From the IMG/VR virus record IMGVR_UViG_3300025575_000036, positions 1 through 31,413 of that record: DNA of 31,413 bases; one strand, written 5' to 3'. Each line of letters starts with the position of its first letter. Positions within the stretch are counted from its first letter, which is position 1. The translations under genes and the position numbers were made by a program. The notes beneath the pieces are model-generated. The model did not search any database. It was given only the letters and a program-made list of their open reading frames with translations, and was not told the origin of the DNA. This DNA is from a virus (lineage: Duplodnaviria; Caudoviricetes). Below are positions 8,730-16,191 of this stretch, piece by piece.

Positions 8730-10389
8730 TTATATCCTCCTTATTATCTAATTTAGGAAGTACCGGATTATAAGGTACAAAATTAGGAATTAGCTTTATA
8801 TTTTTTGAAACATTCTTATTATTAGGATCTACATTATCAAATTCTAATGATATAGATGGTTTAACCTGCTGCGTAAACTTAGGTTTCACTGTGATAATAT
8901 CCTTAGTTTCTACATTAATAATTGTTTCTGGTTCTGTATTAATTATTGCTATGCTAGTAGGAGGACTATCTTTTATATTAGGATTTACTATTATCTCCTC
9001 TTCTACAGGAGGTTTAATAGGATTATTACCTTTGCTTGTAGGTCGTGGGGCTGTTCCTACATTTTGTTTTGATTTGAAATCAAGGACATTATCTATAGGA
9101 TTAGTAAATTGTATCTCTGGTATAGTTTTTAATTTCTTTAAGTCAGCAAATAGGTTTCTATGCCCTCTTTTACTTTTAGATAATATATATTTCTTTATTA
9201 CTTGGTCATCTATATATGGGGTTTTAATAAAGTCAAATCCTCTAGCTCTACAACTATATACGGCCACCCTATCATCTAACCCTATTGCAATATTTGGATC
9301 ATCTGTAGCCACTTCACTCGATTTAATATTATTCTGTGCAAAACTTATCCTAAGATTAGTCTGAGATTTAACTAATGGACTTAACATATTGACGGTACAC
9401 CTTTGAAGACAAACTCCTAAAAATACTCCTAGTGCTCTACCAACCTTTGCTATTTCTTCAATCATGGCTATAATTCTATTTTTCTGTTTTGCTATATCTC
9501 TATCATTACCAGTAGTTTCCATAATACTTGATATTTCATCAAAGATAACCCAACATACTGTCATTTTATTATTGGGATGTAATTTATTGTAATCGTATAT
9601 ATCACTCCCTAAAAAATCCTTATGCATAGGCTTTATTAATTTAGATCTCGCTACCATTTTTTCTGATATATGAATAAGCATAGTTTCTACTTCATTTAGA
9701 GTCTCACAAAACGCTCTGCAACATAAGGCATCTTCATATACAACTAAATCTGTTTTTGCTATTTGTCCAAGATATAATTCAAGTTCTGTTTCATCACAGT
9801 TATGAATTAATGTAGTTATTAAAATGTCTAATAGTCTTGATTTACCTCCACCGTTACTACCACTAAGTAAAAAATGAGACACATCTTTTGCTGATATTAT
9901 TACAGGAGAACCTTCTATTGAATTCCCTATGCATAACTCAAATTGAGTTGTCTTTGGAGGCATAAATTCCATATCACTACCCCCAAATCCTTCTATTACA
10001 AATTTAGCTTCAGCAGTTTTTGATCCTTTCCTTTTGATATAGAATAAAAATATGCATCCTATACCTGTCTCAATGAATGGTTTTGCCTTTTCTAATTCTG
10101 ATAAATTCAATCCTTTCGTAGCATATATATTGCAATGATATCCATAAGATGTCTTTTTTATATTAATTAAAGTATACGTTCCACCATAACTAGTTTTATA
10201 GTTTAGTTCAAACATAATGTCTCCCCAATCCTCAACTAATCTATATATTTCTTTATTTATATCTGATTCTATTTTTCTGTTTTTCATGGTAGTATTAATC
10301 TTTTGTTTTAGACTTTTAATATTTAGTTTTTTTATTAATCCTCCCTTTTTATTTGATTTCTGAGTTATGGCTACTTTAACCATATCCAT
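8719..10389 (-). CDS. FtsK/SpoIIIE-family DNA translocase / coupling ATPase
   Basis: HFLLSGSNGGGKS Walker A, VIFDE Walker B, GRALGV...LQR; Pro-rich tail; no obvious TM segment; AAGGAGG favours the ATG at 10383. Confidence 0.9.
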   Translation of the reverse strand: MDMVKVAITQKSNKKGGLIKKLNIKSLKQKINTTMKNRKIESDINKEIYRLVEDWGDIMFELNYKTSYGGTYTLINIKKTSYGYHCNIYATKGLNLSELEKAKPFIETGIGCIFLFYIKRKGSKTAEAKFVIEGFGGSDMEFMPPKTTQFELCIGNSIEGSPVIISAKDVSHFLLSGSNGGGKSRLLDILITTLIHNCDETELELYLGQIAKTDLVVYEDALCCRAFCETLNEVETMLIHISEKMVARSKLIKPMHKDFLGSDIYDYNKLHPNNKMTVCWVIFDEISSIMETTGNDRDIAKQKNRIIAMIEEIAKVGRALGVFLGVCLQRCTVNMLSPLVKSQTNLRISFAQNNIKSSEVATDDPNIAIGLDDRVAVYSCRARGFDFIKTPYIDDQVIKKYILSKSKRGHRNLFADLKKLKTIPEIQFTNPIDNVLDFKSKQNVGTAPRPTSKGNNPIKPPVEEEIIVNPNIKDSPPTSIAIINTEPETIINVETKDIITVKPKFTQQVKPSISLEFDNVDPNNKNVSKNIKLIPNFVPYNPVLPKLDNKEDINDL

Positions 10390-10397
10390 TCCTCCTT

Positions 10398-10577
10398 TTA
10401 TTTAAATGTTGCTGGCTTACTCCTTTCACTTAATGTATTTAAATATTTTTTATTTTTAATTATTCTATTACTAATATTGTAAACTCTTATTTTACGCTGT
10501 TTCCTACTTTTCTTAGAAATAAAAATCCTTAAAAGACCTATACTCAATCCAGTTCCTATAATAAGTACTACTTCCAT
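10398..10577 (-). CDS. Small single-TM basic protein (59 aa)
   Basis: Not in ORF track. MEVVLIIGTGLSIGLLRIFISKKSRKQRK...PATFK*; GGGAG RBS; first gene of the FtsK operon. Confidence 0.65.
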   Translation of the reverse strand: MEVVLIIGTGLSIGLLRIFISKKSRKQRKIRVYNISNRIIKNKKYLNTLSERSKPATFK

Positions 10578-10616
10578 TTTGATTCTCTCCCTTATTATTT
10601 GTGCTGCTTATATTTA

Positions 10617-10645
10617 TATGATATGGCGGTATACCTCAATGTGTT
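10617..10645 (-). promoter_or_regulatory. sigmaK-like promoter for the FtsK operon
   Basis: Minus strand gtAACA-N16-CATATCATA, an exact fit to mACm-N16-CATAnnnTA. Confidence 0.65.
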
Positions 10646-10662
10646 ACCACTAATTATTATGG

Positions 10663-10690
10663 ATAACAATTAAGATTAATGACATACTAC
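10663..10690 (+). promoter_or_regulatory. sigmaE/sigmaK-like promoter for the Mrr-like gene
   Basis: ATA-N17-CATACTAC, divergent from the promoter at 10617-10645. Confidence 0.4.
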
Positions 10691-10705
10691 TATTGAGGTG
10701 GTTCC

Positions 10706-11332
10706 ATGAGTAGAAGACATAGTAGTATTCAATTATTTAGTAAAAATGAGAAGAAAGCTTTCTATATAATATGTAAATTAATAAATACTTTTGTAATTAT
10801 AATAATAGCTATATTAAAAGCTATCCCTGAGATAATTAATCATATAAAGAAAATAGTAAAAACAAATAAAGTTCTAAAAGGTATAGGATATAATTTTAAT
10901 GATCTTATGGATATGATTGATAAGATAAGTCCAAGACAGTTTGAAATATTCTGTGGTGAGTTATTTAAAAGTACAGGAAAATACTCCAAAGTTGAAATAA
11001 CTGCTGCTAGTTGTGATTACGGCAGAGATATTATATTAACTAGAAATGTTAATGGTTTTGAGGAAGTTACTTTTGTAGAAGTTAAGCATTATGCTAGAAA
11101 TAATATGGTTGGCCGGGAGATTTGCCAGAAATTATTAGGATCATGTCAAATGTTTGATGTTCAAAATGCAATTGTCATTACTACTGGAACATATCATAGG
11201 AATGCATATGAAATTGCTGGTAGAGTTGATAATTTGAAGCTTATGGATATAAATGATATTCAGAAAATGATATTAGATATGAAACCCGAACAAATTAGTA
11301 GAGTTATGATGAGGACACAGAATGCATGTTAA
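10706..11332 (+). CDS. Membrane-anchored Mrr-family (Mrr_cat) endonuclease
   Basis: N-terminal hydrophobic helix; ISPRQFEIFCGELF, DYGRDII, VEVKHY and VITTG motifs. Confidence 0.85.
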   Translation: MSRRHSSIQLFSKNEKKAFYIICKLINTFVIIIIAILKAIPEIINHIKKIVKTNKVLKGIGYNFNDLMDMIDKISPRQFEIFCGELFKSTGKYSKVEITAASCDYGRDIILTRNVNGFEEVTFVEVKHYARNNMVGREICQKLLGSCQMFDVQNAIVITTGTYHRNAYEIAGRVDNLKLMDINDIQKMILDMKPEQISRVMMRTQNAC

Positions 11333-11337
11333 ATATG

Positions 11338-11372
11338 ATATACCTTGAGATAAATTCTTAGGGTATATTTTT
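11338..11372 (+). terminator. Intrinsic terminator
   Basis: ATATACCTTGAGA/TCTTAGGGTATAT stem plus T tract right after the stop. Confidence 0.8.
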
Positions 11373-11399
11373 GTTTATAAAATAATATTTAAATTAGTA

Positions 11400-11428
11400 T
11401 TGACAATTCAAGGATAATATTATAGAAT
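11400..11428 (+). promoter_or_regulatory. sigmaA promoter with the repeated motif as spacer
   Basis: TTGACA-N17(ATTCAAGGATAATATTA)-TAGAAT. Confidence 0.85.
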
Positions 11429-11546
11429 ACATGTAAGATATATTTCAAAGGAGGCTGTAGGATAATAAAATATAATAAGGAGGACGAGCTATGTGAAATA
11501 TAATTATAGACAATTCAATAATAATATTACAGGAGGGATTATTAAA

Positions 11547-11864
11547 ATGAATTTAAATGAATGTATTGTTGTACCTAGAAAAATTGTTATAGAAATAGGA
11601 TTTAATGCAACTGGAATGCTTGTAGAATTATTCAATAAATATAATTTCAATAAGAAAAACTCAACTTTAAATCAATATGGGGAATTTTCTTACAAGATTG
11701 CAGATTGCAAAAGTGATAATGGATTAACTAAATCTGAACAAGCTTCTACTATTAAGAAATTAATTGAAGCTGGATATATTGAATATACAATTTCAAGAGG
11801 ATTACCAAAATTAAGATATTTTAAATTAACAGATAAAGGCATTGAGATATATTCGCTTAAATAA
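11547..11864 (+). CDS. Winged-helix DNA-binding protein resembling the N-terminal domain of phage replication initiators
   Basis: GLTKSEQASTIKKLIEAGYIE...GLPKLRYFKL pattern; AGGAGG RBS supports ATG 11547 over GTG 11493. Confidence 0.65.
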   Translation: MNLNECIVVPRKIVIEIGFNATGMLVELFNKYNFNKKNSTLNQYGEFSYKIADCKSDNGLTKSEQASTIKKLIEAGYIEYTISRGLPKLRYFKLTDKGIEIYSLK

Positions 11865-11888
11865 TAATGTTAAAGGAGGTTTATATTA

Positions 11889-12797
11889 ATGAAAGAATTA
11901 GGAACTTATGATTTAGACACTTTGGAACCCAAAGGTACTATTTTTATTCCTGGACTTGAAGAAAAACAAAGGAATAAAATATATTCAGATAAGAAGACCT
12001 CTGAGGAAGAATTTAATAGATGGATAGCAGAGAAATATGGTAAGTTCTATTTTATATTCCACAGAGTATTAAAGAAAGATTTAAAAAAACAATATATTAT
12101 TAGATTCATATACCTATGTATCTTTATGAATTATTCAGGTGAATTATTATACGGGAACGCTCATGTGCAATTAAGAAAAGCTACTAAAAAGGAGATAGAG
12201 AATAATATACAACCACCTTCAAGGTATATGTTAGAAAAAGATTTGCAGGAAGTATTGAAATTAAGTAGAACAGAAACTATTAAAACTAAAACTGCATTTT
12301 TTGAAAAAGAGTTGATATTTGTTAATAAAAAAGGTAATTTACAGATTAATGATAAATATTGTTTTAAAGGTATAACAGCATATAAGGATAAAAAGACTAG
12401 TAGGACTAGAATATTTGAAAATGCTATAAGGTATATATATGAAAGAGCTAAACCTACCGAACATAAGAAACTTACTCTGCTTATTACCATACTCCCCTAT
12501 ATAAATATACACAATAATATCCTTTGCCATAATATATTATGTGATTCCAATTTCCAATTAAATATTATAGATCTAAAGGAATTATGTAGACTCGTTGAGT
12601 ATTCCGAATCAAACAAAGGCAGACTTAAAAGAGAATTATTAGATTTAAGAGTTGGAGAAGAAATGGTAATTATGTTTAATGAAACTGATACCTCTAAATC
12701 TATAACTGTAAATCCTAGAATTTATTATGGTGGAAGTATTGAAGATTTTGATACTCTTAAAGGAGTTGCTGCTTACTTCGATTTGAGCAACATGTAG
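11889..12797 (+). CDS. Phage DNA-binding/replication protein (RepL-like HTH, tentative)
   Basis: Two HTH-like segments and a C-terminal VNPRIYYGG reminiscent of RepL-type proteins; strong RBS. Confidence 0.5.
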   Translation: MKELGTYDLDTLEPKGTIFIPGLEEKQRNKIYSDKKTSEEEFNRWIAEKYGKFYFIFHRVLKKDLKKQYIIRFIYLCIFMNYSGELLYGNAHVQLRKATKKEIENNIQPPSRYMLEKDLQEVLKLSRTETIKTKTAFFEKELIFVNKKGNLQINDKYCFKGITAYKDKKTSRTRIFENAIRYIYERAKPTEHKKLTLLITILPYINIHNNILCHNILCDSNFQLNIIDLKELCRLVEYSESNKGRLKRELLDLRVGEEMVIMFNETDTSKSITVNPRIYYGGSIEDFDTLKGVAAYFDLSNM

Positions 12798-13065
12798 AAT
12801 TGACTGATGTAATTATCTTGTACTATACCGGAGCAAATTTAAAGTGCAAAATTTACTCTTTGCTACGCAGTATTATATTTTATAATTATAAAGAGTTAGA
12901 TTACGTTTTTTCATATTATTACGTTACTTAGTAATAATATATGCTCAGAATACCTTGTATACTAGTCATATAGCTAATCGCTTGAAACAAACTGACACGA
13001 TTTTATATATTTTTTGTTCACAAAATGACATCGGATATACATTTTAGATTTATTTCCCAAAAGAC

Positions 13066-13094
13066 TTGCTAATTAAAGGATAATGTTATATAAT
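13066..13094 (+). promoter_or_regulatory. sigmaA promoter with the repeated motif as spacer
   Basis: TTGCTA-N17(ATTAAAGGATAATGTTA)-TATAAT; near-identical to the promoter at 3629-3657. Confidence 0.85.
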
Positions 13095-13178
13095 ATAGGC
13101 AAAGGTATCTTTAAGAAGTTGATCGACTCTTATATTTATTAATTGTAATTAAAGGATAATATTAAGGAGGAATGTAAA

Positions 13179-13379
13179 ATGAAGATATATGAGTATATGG
13201 TGACTTATAATGCAGATGGTATCACTGGACGAACTAGAATAATAATGGGTAAAAAGATTAAAAGTTATGAGGATGTAGTAAATATAGATCCGGTAATAGC
13301 TAAACTTAATGACTATAAACTTATTAATCCAACAGTAATGAATTTTATATTGTTAAGAACTTACAGAGGTAAGATGTAA
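13179..13379 (+). CDS. Hypothetical phage protein (66 aa)
   Basis: ORF track; AAGGAGG RBS. Confidence 0.75.
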   Translation: MKIYEYMVTYNADGITGRTRIIMGKKIKSYEDVVNIDPVIAKLNDYKLINPTVMNFILLRTYRGKM

Positions 13380-13547
13380 GAAGTTTTATTGATAATTAAA
13401 GGATAATATTACATTGAAATGTTATTTTGGGAGTCGTAATAGGCTCTCAGAACGATGCTAGTAGATTTTAGGAGTAATTGTATAGGTGGAAGTTAAAGTC
13501 TCTGTATCAAAGGATTAAACACAATAAAATACGAGGAGGAATTATTA

Positions 13548-13850
13548 ATGAATATTGAATTTAAAAATGGGTATAAAGTGGTTACGGACAGTTTACAATT
13601 TATTGTACAGAAAAGAAAAGTGGTTCAAGCCGGGGTTAAAACTAAATCTGAGAATATAGGCAATGTGGTGTTTGAGAATATTGCATATTGCAGCACTTTA
13701 GATTTTGCATTGAAGACAATTGGACAGAAACTAGTATTAGATATAGACGGATTACAGGATATCAAGATAGCTTTGAATAGTTTAGAAAGAGAAATATATG
13801 CTATGACAAAATTATTACAAGTTGAGGTAAAATTCAATGAAGAAAATTAA
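13548..13850 (+). CDS. Hypothetical phage protein (100 aa)
   Basis: ORF track; GAGGAGG RBS. Confidence 0.8.
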   Translation: MNIEFKNGYKVVTDSLQFIVQKRKVVQAGVKTKSENIGNVVFENIAYCSTLDFALKTIGQKLVLDIDGLQDIKIALNSLEREIYAMTKLLQVEVKFNEEN

Positions 13851-14097
13851 TATTAAGGGTGTTAAAAATTGCAGTAACTGTGAATATAGTGATGTTGATG
13901 AGAATGAGGTAAAGATATGTAATAGACCTTTAAAAACAGAAAATAGAGTTGCTACTAATTTAGGAAATGTGGAATTAGCGTGTCCTTGTCATTCTTCTAG
14001 AGATAAGGTTAAAAAAGAAGGTAAATATTTAGGAATGAGAGAGTTTTATTTGAGTAAAGGCAGATTGATACAATTGGAGAAGCTATTATTTGGATAA
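13837..14097 (+). CDS. Small Cys-rich hypothetical protein
   Basis: CxxC...C...CPC; overlaps the upstream gene; GAGGT RBS. Confidence 0.7.
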   Translation: MKKINIKGVKNCSNCEYSDVDENEVKICNRPLKTENRVATNLGNVELACPCHSSRDKVKKEGKYLGMREFYLSKGRLIQLEKLLFG

Positions 14098-14140
14098 GGG
14101 TAATTAAAGGATAATATTATAAATACAAGGAGGATTATTA

Positions 14141-16168
14141 TTGAAGAAAGTATTTTTAGATGATTTGCCAAGAGGCGGAAAGAATATCGGAAGAAACGGT
14201 ATTAATTGGGTTAAGAGTGTAGGATATAGAGTTAAATTTATTTATAAGGACATTAAAGGAGAGGTTGAAATCATTGGTTACAATAGAGACAAAATAAAGA
14301 AAAGAGGATTTGTTGATGTAAGATATAAAGATGATGTAGTATCTTTATTCACTGGTAGTTTTACAGATTGTTGTTTAGGAAAACTAATAAAGAAAATTGG
14401 AACGGGTAATTACTTGCATAATATAAATGAAATTTTAGAAGTAAGTACTGGTAGTATAAAATTAACTAAACAAATATATATAGATAACGGAAAAGAGAGT
14501 AGGAAGGGATATGAATACAAATGTTTAGTATGTGGTGATGAAAACACAATAACTGAAGCTTATTTAAAAAGAGATTGTTGTGGGTGTTCTACTTGTTCAA
14601 ATAAAAAAGTGAGCAAAGGTATAAATGACATTGCAACAACACATCCACATTTAGTGAAATATTTTTTACACATTGAAGATACTCATAAATATAGTTTTGG
14701 AAGTAATGTTATATGTCTTATGATATGTCCGGATTGTGGGTTTGAGAAAGAAACTCAAATTTCAGATTTAAGCACATATGGATATAGTTGCCCAAAATGC
14801 GGCGATGGAATCTCATATCCAAATAAGTTCGTTTTTAATGTTTTAGAACAGTTAGATATTAAGTTTAACACTGAGAATACATTTACTTGGAGTGAGAATA
14901 AGAGATATGATTTTTATATTCATGACAGTAATTGTGTTATAGAGGCAAATGGACAACAACATTACACCAGTTGTTTTGAAAGATTAGGAGGCAGGTCATT
15001 AGAAGATGAGCAAATAAATGATAAATTAAAAGAAAAATTAGCAAAAGAAAACAATATTGAAAATTATATAACTATTGATTGCAGAAGAAGTGAAATGAAT
15101 TTTATAAAAAATAAAGTAATAAACAGTAAATTAAATGAGCTATATGACTTAAGTAAAATAGATTTTATGAAATGTCACGAATATGCCTGTAAAAACTTAG
15201 TAAAAATTATTTGTGACCTATGGAATAATGATAGCACCATAGAAAGTATGGCAAATAAATTCAAACTTGCTAGGCAAACAATTACAAGATATTTAAAACA
15301 AGGTAATTTAGTAAATTGGTGTGATTATAAACCTTTTTCAAGGAAACCTACCGCAATATTTAAAAAAGATATATATAATAAAACAATTAAAAATAAAGCA
15401 ATAAAAATTAAAAATATAATACAATATAAAAAGGGTATAAAATATAAAAAAGTGATATGTTTAAATAATAATCAAACATACTGTTCTCTAACTAAAGCTA
15501 CCGAATTATCTGGTGCAACTAATATTTGTAATTGTTGCAAAAATAATTCTATATATAGTGGAATAAATACCAACGGAGAATATTTACAGTGGCAATATTA
15601 TAACGAATTCTTAATTGAGCCAAAGCAATTGTTAACCAATAAACAAATAGATGTAATTCTATTCAAGAATAAACAAAGAACAAAGATAATATGTTTAAAT
15701 ACAATGATGATATTTAATTCAATAACAGAAGCAGGCGAAAGATATAATATAAAATGGATAGGTAATATAGTTTCAAATTGTAGAAACAAAAGAAATCATA
15801 CAGGGGTAGATGAAGAAACTGGAGAGTATCTACAGTGGCAATATTATAATGATTTTTTAATAAAACCCAAACTTGTTTTGAGTAATGAAGAAATTGATAA
15901 ATGTCTTTTAGAAAAACAAAAAATAGTTGGACTCAAAAATGGAGGAAAAGGAAAAAAGAAAGTGATTTGTATAAATACAAGAGAAATATTCAATTCAATA
16001 AGAGAAGCAAATGATTTTTACAAATTAAGTGGTATAGGTGTGTCCGCTTGTTGTAATCCTAAAAATAGACATAAATCAGCAGGGAAACATTCAGTAACAG
16101 GAGAGAAATTAATATGGATGTATTATGATGAATATTTAAAATTACAAACTAAAACGGTAATTCAATAA
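14141..16168 (+). CDS. Putative free-standing homing endonuclease (zinc ribbons + Vsr/EDxHD-like nuclease + three NUMOD1-like repeats)
   Basis: Multiple CxxC; SYPNKF...RYDFYI...IEANGQQHY...NDKLK; three K(V/I)IC(L/I)N...W(Q/M)YY repeats. Confidence 0.75.
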   Translation: MKKVFLDDLPRGGKNIGRNGINWVKSVGYRVKFIYKDIKGEVEIIGYNRDKIKKRGFVDVRYKDDVVSLFTGSFTDCCLGKLIKKIGTGNYLHNINEILEVSTGSIKLTKQIYIDNGKESRKGYEYKCLVCGDENTITEAYLKRDCCGCSTCSNKKVSKGINDIATTHPHLVKYFLHIEDTHKYSFGSNVICLMICPDCGFEKETQISDLSTYGYSCPKCGDGISYPNKFVFNVLEQLDIKFNTENTFTWSENKRYDFYIHDSNCVIEANGQQHYTSCFERLGGRSLEDEQINDKLKEKLAKENNIENYITIDCRRSEMNFIKNKVINSKLNELYDLSKIDFMKCHEYACKNLVKIICDLWNNDSTIESMANKFKLARQTITRYLKQGNLVNWCDYKPFSRKPTAIFKKDIYNKTIKNKAIKIKNIIQYKKGIKYKKVICLNNNQTYCSLTKATELSGATNICNCCKNNSIYSGINTNGEYLQWQYYNEFLIEPKQLLTNKQIDVILFKNKQRTKIICLNTMMIFNSITEAGERYNIKWIGNIVSNCRNKRNHTGVDEETGEYLQWQYYNDFLIKPKLVLSNEEIDKCLLEKQKIVGLKNGGKGKKKVICINTREIFNSIREANDFYKLSGIGVSACCNPKNRHKSAGKHSVTGEKLIWMYYDEYLKLQTKTVIQ

Positions 16169-16191
16169 TAATATTACGAAGGAGTGATTAT

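Noticed and set aside
8891-9364. 157-aa hydrophobic plus-strand ORF
   Set aside because: Lies fully antisense within the FtsK gene; composition typical of a shadow frame.
5068-10389. Cassette as a canonical ICE/T4SS
   Set aside because: No VirB4, integrase, cell-wall hydrolase or recognisable HUH relaxase in the window.
14141-16168. Group I intron or intein hosting the endonucleases (here and at 28357-29709)
   Set aside because: Flanking genes appear intact with their own starts and stops; no splice elements recognised.
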